A DNA stretch of 64,000 bases from an uncultured archaeon (GTDB lineage: Archaea; Halobacteriota; Archaeoglobi; Archaeoglobales; Archaeoglobaceae), in the NCBI GenBank assembly GCA_964471215.1, contig CAYYFC010000001.1, positions 1,615 to 65,614 of the forward strand. Direction: 5' to 3'. Under the pieces are notes generated by a model that was not told the DNA's origin, made no database searches, and saw nothing but the letters and a program-made list of their open reading frames with translations. Both the position numbers and the translations under genes were made by a program. Shown piece by piece: positions 20,432 to 29,977 of this stretch (the stretch's first letter is position 1; each line of letters starts with the position of its first letter).

Positions 20432-21547
20432 TTAAACCTCTTCAAACCTATCCTTGAGCTTCTCAAGAACCTTTGGCAGCGTCGTATACTCCATCTCCTC
20501 TCTCGGTAATCTGTGGGGTTCGAAGGGTCCATGTCTTCTTATATAATCACATATCTCCATTGCCCTCATTCTCGTGTATTCAAATGCAGGATCGTCGAAG
20601 ACATCAACAGGACCTATTAACATTCCATTGTTAAGCTGAAAACCAGCACCTATGCATCTCGGTGGACCGTCAAATCTCGTACACTTACTGTATCTGAACG
20701 GAACAGGGAGTATCGGACCGTTGTGACTTCCCCTCATCCATCCGCTTACCAGATGCGGAAATGCGAATGCCTCAAGTATTTCTCCGACAGCAGGTAATCC
20801 CGACTGCGCTCTTACAATCGCAACAGGATCGTCCTTTCCAACATACTCCCCTGCTATTTGATAAAGCTTCTCGGTACTTATCACGGCCACTGGCTCTTCT
20901 GGAGGTAACTTACCGCCTTCCTTCGGATATACCCTTTTTATGACATACCTGCTCTTAGCACCTATTAGTGCCAGTAGATCGTACATCTCTTCTGGAGTAG
21001 ACATTATAACCCTTTTATGCTCCATTATATCCCAAACCTCAAATCTGAATCCCATATGCATCGAAGGATCGATGACAAGTCCAGCAGTGTTAAACGGATC
21101 CGCAAATATTTTGAATATGGGAAGGTTAAATGCACCCGGTTCTGTTTTATCCATCATGAAGACTATTATCGGTTCCGCCGGCCTTTCCGTAAATTCCATT
21201 TCGGCAACTCCTGGACCTAGTCCTCTTATATTACCAGAAAATGCATCGGCAAGCAGATCCTGTCCGGCACCATATAGCTTTAATTCCTTGGCTTTTTTTG
21301 CACACTTTTCAAAAGTATCCCAAGCCAGACCGTGTATTTCTTCACTGTCAACACCTTTTCTATGAGTCATTATAAGCTCTAGATCGTCTCCTGCATTCAT
21401 TATTCTGAAATCGATTATAAGCCCTTCATCCCTTGCACTCTTAAGATTCCTTTCTGCAACTACTTTTATCTCCTCTGGAACCACACTATGCCCAGCAACG
21501 CTTCCAACATCTGCTTTAATAACGCTAACGGTTATTTTCTCCACCAT
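20432..21547 (-). CDS. fbp: Fructose-1,6-bisphosphate aldolase/phosphatase (class V FBPase)
   Basis: 371 aa. The N-terminus ITVSVIKADVGSVAGH and the motifs DDLELIMTH and GPGVAEMEF are characteristic of the archaeal bifunctional FBP aldolase/phosphatase. Confidence 0.92.
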   Translation of the reverse strand: MVEKITVSVIKADVGSVAGHSVVPEEIKVVAERNLKSARDEGLIIDFRIMNAGDDLELIMTHRKGVDSEEIHGLAWDTFEKCAKKAKELKLYGAGQDLLADAFSGNIRGLGPGVAEMEFTERPAEPIIVFMMDKTEPGAFNLPIFKIFADPFNTAGLVIDPSMHMGFRFEVWDIMEHKRVIMSTPEEMYDLLALIGAKSRYVIKRVYPKEGGKLPPEEPVAVISTEKLYQIAGEYVGKDDPVAIVRAQSGLPAVGEILEAFAFPHLVSGWMRGSHNGPILPVPFRYSKCTRFDGPPRCIGAGFQLNNGMLIGPVDVFDDPAFEYTRMRAMEICDYIRRHGPFEPHRLPREEMEYTTLPKVLEKLKDRFEEV

Positions 21548-21756
21548 AACCCTACATAATTTCCAGACAATTTAAAGTTTAGGGTTTTTAAAATATGAGA
21601 AATATATATTTTTATTTTTTTATTAATGTGCTACAGGATTAGTCGATCTCAAATGGTATCGTAGTTTTTTATCTTAAACATGTATATGAGAAATTTTAGA
21701 TAATTTTTTGGACTATTCACAGATTAGAATTAGAGATATTTAAGGAGCTATGCAAA

Positions 21757-21765
21757 TTTTTAAAT
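21757..21765 (+). promoter_or_regulatory. TATA-like box (TTTTAAATA) about 25 nt upstream of structured-RNA candidate copy A
   Basis: This AT-rich octamer matches the archaeal TATA consensus. Its spacing to the first conserved block (GCCATCAG at 21785) is about 24-27 nt. An equivalent box occurs at the same spacing in copy B. Confidence 0.45.
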
Positions 21766-21781
21766 ACCTTTTCAATTTAGA

Positions 21782-21938
21782 GGGGCCATCAGCTCATAAG
21801 ACGGCGTTACATTTAAGGCTGGTTACGTGGTGCCAGCCAACTTAGCTCTATGTGAAGTGCTGATTCATGAAGCACTAAGGGAGAAGCCCGTGCAAGCTTC
21901 TAAAATATCTATAGTTGATAATGCACGGACAACCACGT
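21782..21938 (+). ncRNA. Candidate structured small RNA, copy A (class unknown)
   Basis: The segment is locally GC-rich in a 0.7-kb AT-rich spacer. It forms stems GCCATC/GACGGC, GGCTGG/CCAGCC (21817-21838), AGTGCT/AGCACT (21856-21876) and CCGTGCA/TGCACGG (21888-21928). The 3' ACCACGT (21932-21938) is complementary to loop ACGTGGT (21826-21832). A paralog at 52316-52478 shows compensatory stem changes. Confidence 0.55.
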
Positions 21939-22264
21939 GTACTCTCTGGCATATAAACAATCCTCCATCAATGTATACTCCATCTCATGCATATTTGAAG
22001 ACATGTGTAAATAATTTTATAGAATTTATTTGTATATATTATAATCTAATATATTTTTAAGTCCTCTGATGTATGAAAAATTCGAGAATGTATTGATAAG
22101 ATAGCATGAATTGTGCGAATAATGATGCTTAGAGTTTTTAAACCAATATATTATCGAAGGAGTTTTTTACTCATAAAAATGTTTCTGTAAAAATAGAAGG
22201 ATCCCATTATGAGATGAGAATCCCTTGATCGAATGATTTATTAATTCTAAGGACTATTATCACT

Positions 22265-23011
22265 ATGATGAAACTAGAGAGATGTCAAACAGGGATCCCG
22301 GGATTTGACGAGCTGTGCGAAGGAGGATTGATAAGGGATAGGAGTTATCTCCTGTCCGGTGTATCTGGAAGTGGAAAGACCATATTCGCCTTACAGTTCT
22401 TAGTTGAAGGAGCATTAAAGTTTAAGGAACCGGGAATATTCATAGCAACAGAAGAAAGACCTCAGCACATAAGAGAGCACGCATGGTCTTTTGGATGGGA
22501 ACTCGAAAGACTTGAGGATGAAAACATGCTTGCAATAGTCGATGCCACTTCGACAAAAATAGGTTTGCCCAGTGATGAGAAGTACGTGGACATAAGACCA
22601 TTCGACACTCGCTCATTACTCGATCAGATAATAAATATACAGGATGAAATCGGTGCCAGAAGAGCTGTTCTGGACTCAACGACATCTATTGGATTTGCAA
22701 TCAACGATATCTCGAAGTTCAGAGTTGAGCTATTAAAAATATCAACAACTATGGAAGTACTCGGACTAACATCGATTTTAACATGCGAAATAGTTGAGGG
22801 AGAGCATGCATATTCGAGGTTTGGCGTCGAAAACTTCGTCACGGAGGGTACGATAGTTCTATATTACACAAGGGCAGAGAATGTCAGAGTTAGGAGCTTA
22901 GAAATTATAAAGATGAGGGGAACAAATCACAGTAAGAAGATACATCCATTCGAGATAACAAGCAACGGAATAATTGTTCACGCAAAGGAGGAGATATATC
23001 CAGGTTTTTGA
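22265..23011 (+). CDS. Single-domain KaiC/RadA-like RecA-superfamily ATPase
   Basis: 248 aa. It has TGIPGFDELCEGGL, Walker A SGVSGSGKTIFALQF, Walker B-like AVLDS and a C-terminal LEIIKMRGTNHS motif typical of KaiC-like proteins. A TATA-like TTTATTAATT lies about 25 nt upstream of the ATG, so the transcript may be leaderless. Confidence 0.8.
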   Translation: MMKLERCQTGIPGFDELCEGGLIRDRSYLLSGVSGSGKTIFALQFLVEGALKFKEPGIFIATEERPQHIREHAWSFGWELERLEDENMLAIVDATSTKIGLPSDEKYVDIRPFDTRSLLDQIINIQDEIGARRAVLDSTTSIGFAINDISKFRVELLKISTTMEVLGLTSILTCEIVEGEHAYSRFGVENFVTEGTIVLYYTRAENVRVRSLEIIKMRGTNHSKKIHPFEITSNGIIVHAKEEIYPGF

Positions 23012-23148
23012 GATCTGATCAATTAATTTGATTAGTTGAACAATTCTATTTTAAATCTATTGGATAGTATAAGTACTCTTCAATCAAGCTGGAGAATTGC
23101 CAATCGAATTTTAAAATTTTATTAAATAAAATAAAAAATAGGTTATTC

Positions 23149-24345
23149 TTATAGTCTCTCCCAGAATCCCCATGGAACCTCCTTGGGCATTCTTCCAATC
23201 GCTCTAGCATACGTCATTGCAACAGTTCTGTAGAGAAGATGTGCGAATTTTGAGTACGGCGCGTAGACTAGTAGCATGAACACGAAGTACAGATGCACTA
23301 TATATGCGTAGTATGCCGATATACTTCCATACAGTCTTAAAGTTGTTGCTATGAACCCTGTTACGCCAACTAGAAGCAGTACTACCAAGAAGAACCAGTC
23401 ATGATAGCTTCCCGTACTCCTCGCAGTCCTGTTAAATATCCTGTTCAATATGGCAATTACCGTTCCTGCAACAAGTGCGATTCCGCTCAGAATACCTAGC
23501 GCCTTAGCCAGTCCGAACATACCCATTATTCCGCCCTGAGCTTCCCATGGCCATGGTAGGTGCTCTAATCCGAATACGTATATACCCACGACATCTATTC
23601 CCGCCACAAGTCCGAGTCCAAGGAATCCATAGAATATCAGGAAGTGAGCTGGGAATCTTGGCAGATTAGCCTCACATATCTTGAACCAGTTATGGAACAG
23701 TATATCTCTCAGTGCATAGAAGAACGAGTCCCAGAACGATATACCTCCTTTGACTTCAAATTCAGCCCCTTCTTTGGGAATTATAACTATCTGTTTTCCT
23801 CCTCCGTAAGTTAAAGCATTCCAGTACCTCCACATTCCTATTAAACCAATGAACAGGGCCCAGCCGCCCAGTATGAATGCCGGAATCTCAACGTATTCAA
23901 TCGGTATGAACTTTGAATATACTATCTCTCCACTCGCTGGAATCGTCAATTTTAATCCGTATATCAGTGCACCTATAATTATCGCGGGAATCACGAGGAA
24001 TATCGGTAAGGACCAGAGTCTATTCAGTATTCTGCCTATGAACTTCGGCCATGCAAATTCAGCGATTACTCTAGCTCTTATCGCATTTAAGACCTCACCC
24101 GGTCTAGCATCCCTCGGACAGTATTTCGAACAATCTGCACAGTTGTAACATAGGAATATATCTGGATCTCTTATAAGCCTCTCCTTAAGACCCCACTGCG
24201 CCCATATCATCTCCTTTCTCGGAAACGGGTTCTCATCGGGACTTAGCGGGCATACAACACTGCAGTTCGCACATTGCATGCACAGTCTAAGCGTCTTTCC
24301 ACCCAATTTTATTATATCTCTTGCGAACTTAACATCTACTTCCAC
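23149..24345 (-). CDS. qmoC: Quinone-interacting membrane-bound oxidoreductase subunit QmoC (HdrC-like FeS domain fused to an HdrE/NarI-like heme-b membrane domain)
   Basis: The N-terminal motifs CMQCANCSVVCP and CYNCADCSKYCP are followed by about 6 hydrophobic helices. The gene lies directly downstream of the two HdrA-like genes. Confidence 0.85.
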   Translation of the reverse strand: MEVDVKFARDIIKLGGKTLRLCMQCANCSVVCPLSPDENPFPRKEMIWAQWGLKERLIRDPDIFLCYNCADCSKYCPRDARPGEVLNAIRARVIAEFAWPKFIGRILNRLWSLPIFLVIPAIIIGALIYGLKLTIPASGEIVYSKFIPIEYVEIPAFILGGWALFIGLIGMWRYWNALTYGGGKQIVIIPKEGAEFEVKGGISFWDSFFYALRDILFHNWFKICEANLPRFPAHFLIFYGFLGLGLVAGIDVVGIYVFGLEHLPWPWEAQGGIMGMFGLAKALGILSGIALVAGTVIAILNRIFNRTARSTGSYHDWFFLVVLLLVGVTGFIATTLRLYGSISAYYAYIVHLYFVFMLLVYAPYSKFAHLLYRTVAMTYARAIGRMPKEVPWGFWERL

Positions 24346-24373
24346 AGCATCACCTCCTAAAATAAAAAAGGAT

Positions 24374-26605
24374 TTAGAATCCCTTATACGGATTGGGTCC
24401 GATCTTCTTGATCTCCTCTACGAACTGATCAAGTATCTCGGGTATCTTTGGCCAGTCCGAGATCTCCACCTGAACGAGTTTAACTCTTTCTGGTTCTAGG
24501 AATAATCTCTGCAAGGTTTCTCTTACGTTTTCCATTCTCCTGTCAGCTAATTCGCTTCCTCTTATGTAATGGCACTGGTAGTCCTCACCGAATTTGCATC
24601 CGAGCATGAGTATTCCGTCGATTCCTCTGGAAAGAGCATCAGCTACAAATACGACGTTGACGGAACCCAGACATCTGACTGGAATTATCCTTACAAACGG
24701 ATTGAACTTAAGTCCATTTCTTGCTGCCATGTCTATTGCCGGATAGGCATCGTTCTCACATGCAAACACAACAATTCTGGGCTTATCTCCTCCCTCTGGG
24801 ACGGATATTGCCTTAAGCATAGATGACACCATGTCTATTGAATACTGCTTAAACGATATTATCTTTTCAGGACATGCACCGAAGCATATTCCGCATCTTC
24901 TGCATCTGAGCGGATTTGGCTGTGGTGTTCCCTTTTCATCCTCATCCAGAGCACCAAACGGACATTCCTCGGTACACCTCTTACACTGTGTACACCTCTG
25001 CAGGAAGAACTGAGGATAGTCGATATCTCCAGTCCTCGGAAATATGCTCTTTCCCTCTGCTACAAGCTCTACCGTCTGTATTGCCTTTAACGCTGCTCCT
25101 CTTGCATCTATCTCACAGTCCCTTATCGTCATCGGTGCCCTTATGCATCCAGCCGGGTAGATTCCAGTTCTCCTACTCTCATACGGGAAGCAGATGTAGT
25201 GTGAATCTGGCATACCGTACATAAGGGTTGGGAGTTCTGGACCCTGTCTGTACTGCAGGTTCAATATCTGTTCCTTTCCCTTTATTTGCTCGAGGACATC
25301 CTTTGGAACTGGGACAGGTCTTATGTGCTTATATATAACCTCTTCCTCTTCAGGATACTCCTCCTTAACTGTATACAATCCGTAGAGAGATGAAAGCATA
25401 CCTATCGCCAGTACAACCATGTCTACATTTACTGTTATGTCTTCTCCCAATAGAGTATTCGTAACCTCAACCCTTAGAGTTCCGTCCGGGTTCTGGCTTA
25501 CGCTCTTTACCTCAGCCTTCGTCAGGAATATCCCCTCATCCTGCTGTGCCTGTTTGTAGAAGTCTTCGTATATTCCGATAGCTCTTATATCCTTGTAGAA
25601 TATGAAGGCATTAGAATCCCTGTTTATTTCCCTAAGATACAACGCCTGCTTTAACGATGTCAGACAGCAGATAAACGAACAATACGGAATGTGCTCAGGC
25701 GTTCTCTGACCCGCACAGAGTATAAATGCAACATTTTTCACAGGCCTTCCGTTTACCTCCAGTTTTCCTCCTTTTATCATTTCTTCGAATTCTATGTTTG
25801 TTACTACACCGGGGAGACCGTATCCAAGATCACTAAGCTTACTTGCATCATATGGCTTCCAGCCCGTTGCAAGGACTATTGCTCCAACCTTGAACTGTTC
25901 TTCTTTTCCATTTCTTTCAACTAGGACATTGAAAAGTCCTGGCTGACCCGATATGGATTTAACCTTCGTTGAAGTGTATATCTTTATCCTTTCGTTCTCT
26001 TCAACCTCCTTTATCTTCTGCTGTAGGTACTCAGATGCATCAACAAGCTCTCTATACGGATACTTCCCAGGCAAAATCTTATAGAACTTTCTGACCCATC
26101 CTCCAAGCTCAGGTTCTTTTTCAACAAGGTAAACGTTGTATCCAGCCTTTGCTATTTCACTAGCGGCTGTTAATCCCGTAATACCTCCACCTACAACGAG
26201 TACGTCCTTACTTGTCTTTTCAATGTACGGTTCGGGAATTTCCGTTTTCTGAGCCTTCACGACTCCCATTTTTACATAGTCTTCTGCCATCATTTGTGCA
26301 TCCTCATCTACGTCGTGTGACCAGACGACACCTTCCCTCAGATTTACCCTTTCAACAATTACATTCTCTCCAAAATCGAATACATCCTCCTTAACTCTTG
26401 GAGAACATGCACATATTACAACAGTATTGATTCCGTTGCTTTCTATATCCTTTTTAATTATTTCAACACCCTCTTTACTACACAGGGCATCGTGAATTTT
26501 TACTGGAACCTTAAACTCGCTTTCAACACCACTCTTTATCTTTTCGATGTCAAGTTTACCAATATCACAACCCTTACAGATATAAACTCCTATCTTCTTT
26601 TCCAA
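24374..26605 (-). CDS. qmoB: QmoB (HdrA-like flavoprotein with ferredoxin motifs and a C-terminal MvhD-like domain)
   Basis: 743 aa. It has the FAD motif VVGGGITGLTAA, CTQCKRCTEECP and CRRCGICFGACP, and a C-terminal FACENDAYPA...CLG segment resembling MvhD. Confidence 0.85.
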   Translation of the reverse strand: MEKKIGVYICKGCDIGKLDIEKIKSGVESEFKVPVKIHDALCSKEGVEIIKKDIESNGINTVVICACSPRVKEDVFDFGENVIVERVNLREGVVWSHDVDEDAQMMAEDYVKMGVVKAQKTEIPEPYIEKTSKDVLVVGGGITGLTAASEIAKAGYNVYLVEKEPELGGWVRKFYKILPGKYPYRELVDASEYLQQKIKEVEENERIKIYTSTKVKSISGQPGLFNVLVERNGKEEQFKVGAIVLATGWKPYDASKLSDLGYGLPGVVTNIEFEEMIKGGKLEVNGRPVKNVAFILCAGQRTPEHIPYCSFICCLTSLKQALYLREINRDSNAFIFYKDIRAIGIYEDFYKQAQQDEGIFLTKAEVKSVSQNPDGTLRVEVTNTLLGEDITVNVDMVVLAIGMLSSLYGLYTVKEEYPEEEEVIYKHIRPVPVPKDVLEQIKGKEQILNLQYRQGPELPTLMYGMPDSHYICFPYESRRTGIYPAGCIRAPMTIRDCEIDARGAALKAIQTVELVAEGKSIFPRTGDIDYPQFFLQRCTQCKRCTEECPFGALDEDEKGTPQPNPLRCRRCGICFGACPEKIISFKQYSIDMVSSMLKAISVPEGGDKPRIVVFACENDAYPAIDMAARNGLKFNPFVRIIPVRCLGSVNVVFVADALSRGIDGILMLGCKFGEDYQCHYIRGSELADRRMENVRETLQRLFLEPERVKLVQVEISDWPKIPEILDQFVEEIKKIGPNPYKGF

Positions 26606-26611
26606 TCCAGA

Positions 26612-27832
26612 TCACCCCCTAACAACCTGTATTGCCTTTAAAACAGCACCAGTAGCATCTCTATTACTCGATGCAACATCTGCCGGCATTCTTGCCACAC
26701 CACACGGTATTATCCCCTCCTTTTCAATTACAAATCCGTAATCGTCGTATTCAAGTCCTTCTATTTTATTCACGGCAGTTGAAGGCTGCATACCTACCGC
26801 AAGTACTACCATGTCAACCTCCTGGCTAACCCTCCTACCGCTTTCAACATCCTCAGCCATAACAACCAGTTTACCGTTTCTAGATTCAACCTTTGCAACC
26901 TTACCCTTTATAAACGCTATATTCTCATCCTTCTGAACCCTCTGGAAGAAGTCCTCGTATCTTCCATACGCTCTGATATCTATGTAGAATATGTAAACCT
27001 TTGAATCCGGAATCTGCTCCCTTACAAGTAAGGCATGTTTCATTGATGCCAAGCAACATATCATGGAGCAGTAAGGTAGGTGATTTTCATCCCTCGATCC
27101 CGCACATTGAACAAAAGCAATTGTTTTCGGTTCTGTTCCATCAGATTTAACTATTTTACCCTTTGTCGGCCCATTCGGTGATGCAAGCCTCTCGAACATC
27201 ATGTTCGTCAGGATATCAGGATGCTTTCCAAATCCGAGCATGTCAAGTTTTCTAGCATCGTACGGATTGAATCCGGTAGCAACAATTATTGCCTTAGCAT
27301 TTATCGTAATCTCCTGTTTTTGTTCATCAAGATTTATGGCATTGTACTTACAGGCCTTGACGCATTCTCCGCACTTGTTGCAAACGCCGTCATCGATTAC
27401 GTAATAGGGCGGATAGGCCATATCGTGCGGTAGGTATATTGCCTTTGTCTTGTCCATTCCGAAGTTGAAATCGTTAGGTCTTTCAATTGGGCAAACTTTT
27501 TCACATTCACCACAGGCCGTACAGTTTTCATTTACATATCTCGGTTTTATCTCTACCGTAACCTTGAAATCTCCAGGAACTCCCTCGATCTTCTTTGCTT
27601 CAGCCATCGTCATCACTTTAAGATTTTTGCAGTTCTTTAGTCTTTTGAGAAATATCTCAAGCCCGCAGTACGGGGGACACATCTTTGGGAAATACTTCGT
27701 AAGCTGAACGACCCTACCACCTATATAAGGGTTTTTTTCGATAATTAGAACGTTGTATCCTGTTTCCGCTGCTTCGACTGCAGCAGTTATACCAGAAATT
27801 CCACCACCTATGACCAAGATGTCCACTTCCAT
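26612..27832 (-). CDS. qmoA: QmoA (HdrA-like flavoprotein)
   Basis: 406 aa. It has the FAD motif ILVIGGGISGITAA and ferredoxin-type CTACGECEKVCP and CNKCGECVKACK. It is the first gene of the qmoABC order. Confidence 0.85.
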   Translation of the reverse strand: MEVDILVIGGGISGITAAVEAAETGYNVLIIEKNPYIGGRVVQLTKYFPKMCPPYCGLEIFLKRLKNCKNLKVMTMAEAKKIEGVPGDFKVTVEIKPRYVNENCTACGECEKVCPIERPNDFNFGMDKTKAIYLPHDMAYPPYYVIDDGVCNKCGECVKACKYNAINLDEQKQEITINAKAIIVATGFNPYDARKLDMLGFGKHPDILTNMMFERLASPNGPTKGKIVKSDGTEPKTIAFVQCAGSRDENHLPYCSMICCLASMKHALLVREQIPDSKVYIFYIDIRAYGRYEDFFQRVQKDENIAFIKGKVAKVESRNGKLVVMAEDVESGRRVSQEVDMVVLAVGMQPSTAVNKIEGLEYDDYGFVIEKEGIIPCGVARMPADVASSNRDATGAVLKAIQVVRG

Positions 27833-28194
27833 ATCTACCCCTCTCTTAATTCATAAGTATTGGGGACTCTTATATAAAGTTTAAAAGGATTTCTATTTAT
27901 TTGTTTCTTTTCGCCATGATCAAAAAAAAGTATCGAGGAGAATCGGCAAAAGGAAACATAAAGAAAAAGTTACAATATTAATTTAATAACATATACATGT
28001 GAAATCCTTTGAATCAAATATTCATGGTTTTATATTCCTTTCTGAACTCAAAGATCCTTCAGTCTGTAGATTCCATGGTTATATCTCCAGAGATAACGCG
28101 TATTAGCCCGTCCGATTTCTTTTCCACATACGATATGCATGCACATGATGCTATTGGACATTATTTATCTATTAACAATCCGGTTATGTGCTGA

Positions 28195-28416
28195 TCAGTC
28201 TATATCTCCTTCATACGGAAATTCATAGTTTTCCATGCCCAAATCGTCGACCTTTTTATAGAGTCCAACCGTATTGCAGTCGAGACATCTGACAATCATA
28301 ATCGTCACATTGAATTCGGATCTCCCTCTAACAAATTTTCCTTTCCTAACTTTCAAAACCTCCGCATCGTGCTTCTTTCCGTCGGCACATACAGGACAGT
28401 CGATTTTTATTTTCAT
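28195..28416 (-). CDS. Small zinc-ribbon protein (73 aa), unknown function
   Basis: It has two CxxC pairs (CPVCADG ... CLDCNT) and plausible coding character, but I recognise no family. Confidence 0.45.
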   Translation of the reverse strand: MKIKIDCPVCADGKKHDAEVLKVRKGKFVRGRSEFNVTIMIVRCLDCNTVGLYKKVDDLGMENYEFPYEGDID

Positions 28417-28996
28417 AGCATTAGTCTGTTTTCTAGGTTTTTTAAATGTTTTGTCAGATTATTCGGCAGATCCTTCCTAAACTCTATTGCAACTGAAAAC
28501 ACGAGTTGTCAAAATGGATCTCTTTAAATCACTATAATCGATCTCATATTCGAAAAAATTCATCGCATTGAATTTTAAATTGAAATGCACTTTTATACAG
28601 ACTCTTTTTCTCAAGATAAAAAACGACGATTGATATTCTAATGTCAAACACTTCTGACCTTGCAACAGGAAATCCAAATCTTATAGATCTCTGGAAGTAT
28701 GCTTCATTATATACACATGTGACCATTCGCCATGTACATCACATAATTATTATAATTCATAAAGTATACATAAAGAATAATTTTAGGCATACCTAAATTA
28801 TTTCAATTTTCATCTTTTAAAACACTTGCAAAAAGCTAGAGTTTTTTTTTGCATTATTTTATAAGATGAATAATTCGTATTCTGCTGAATATGATATAAT
28901 TTGAGAAAGCTCCATCTAGGATAATATTCATGCCAAACAGACAGATAAGTTTCTTCTTATCGAAAGCTTTAAGTAATCAGTTTAGAAACGCTTTTT

Positions 28997-29932
28997 ATGA
29001 AACTAATTGAAGAAGTTGGAAAGCTTATAAAGGATAATAAACCTCTGGAAGCTCTGGAGCTAATAAAGAAAAATGCGCCAGAAAATGTGAAGAAAGTAAT
29101 AGATAATATATTTAAAAATCCCCAAGAGATAAAGGAGCTTGATGGTATTTGGAGAGCGATAGTAACACTTTCATATCTTTCATATAATTCGATGTACTTA
29201 TCTAAAGAAACCGATAGAGAATCAGTTGTTTCATGTTTAGTTTCATCGGTAAATGTAGTAAAATTGAGTAAAGAACTGGGACTGTACTATTTAATTCCGA
29301 AGTTTTTGAGAATCGGGGCAAGATCACTTATAATCATGAATATGAGAGATAGAGCCGAAATGTTTTACCTTGAAGCCGAAAAAATCGCAGAGAAAATAGC
29401 TGATTTGGAGGAACTAGCCGAAGTTGAAAATGATTTAGCTTTACTTTACTACAGCGAAAAGAGACATAAAGAAGCCTTATTTATAATTCAAAAGGCCATT
29501 GAGATCAGAGAAAGGCTTGGAGATGAAGAAAAACTGGCTGAATGCTTAATAAATGCCGGAGAGATATACAGAAAGGTCGGAGAATACGAGCTGGCTGAAG
29601 ACTGCTTCAAAAGGGCTGAAAGTATATATAGGAAGCTTATAAGCGAAAAAGAACATCTAAAATTCGGTCTAGCAATTACATTAAGCAACCTCGGAATGCT
29701 CTACAAGGCTAGGAGGAGGTACGGTGAAGCTGAAAAACTGTTAAGAGAAACGCTTGAGATATTTAAAGAACTTGAAAGTAAGGATAAGAATTTTGCACAA
29801 TTCGTCGCGACTTCCTTGAAACATTTCGGTGACTTAAAGAAGGAAATGGGGAATTATAGGGAAGCTGAAAAGTACTACAGAATGTCAGCAGAGAAATTCA
29901 GAGAAACTATGTACGGGAAATTGGCATTCTAG
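28997..29932 (+). CDS. Tetratricopeptide-repeat (TPR) protein
   Basis: 311 aa. It contains repeated ~34-aa units of the form A..L..LG.LY...G.Y.EAE..Y..AL.I (for example LGMLYKARRRYGEAEKLLRETLEIF). Confidence 0.7.
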   Translation: MKLIEEVGKLIKDNKPLEALELIKKNAPENVKKVIDNIFKNPQEIKELDGIWRAIVTLSYLSYNSMYLSKETDRESVVSCLVSSVNVVKLSKELGLYYLIPKFLRIGARSLIIMNMRDRAEMFYLEAEKIAEKIADLEELAEVENDLALLYYSEKRHKEALFIIQKAIEIRERLGDEEKLAECLINAGEIYRKVGEYELAEDCFKRAESIYRKLISEKEHLKFGLAITLSNLGMLYKARRRYGEAEKLLRETLEIFKELESKDKNFAQFVATSLKHFGDLKKEMGNYREAEKYYRMSAEKFRETMYGKLAF

Positions 29933-29977
29933 ATTCTTATTTAATGGACAGATAGAATAAAAATAATAAATAAAGAT

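Noticed and set aside
21782-21938. Identity of the paired RNA candidates with RNase P RNA or SRP RNA
   Set aside because: CTRAGGGARAAGCCCG superficially resembles the RNase P CR-I block GAGGAAAGUCCGGGC, and CAGATAATG resembles AGAUAGAUG. However, the universal ACAGAA..GGCUUA, GGUAAG and GGGUGAAA blocks are missing, the length is only about 160 nt, and there are two copies. The SRP helix-8 motif (GGAAGGGAGCA-like) is also absent.
21827-22060. A 77-aa plus-strand ORF overlapping structured-RNA candidate copy A
   Set aside because: It has no SD or TATA context and an odd composition. It starts inside the conserved RNA stems, and the paralogous copy B has no equivalent frame. It is best explained as a chance ORF across an RNA element.
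28417-28996. A possible CRISPR-like or other repeat array in the AT-rich spacer (TTGCAAC-containing words at about 28490 and 28660)
   Set aside because: There are only two short, imperfect, irregularly spaced words, with no regular repeat-spacer periodicity. No CRISPR array is present anywhere in the window.
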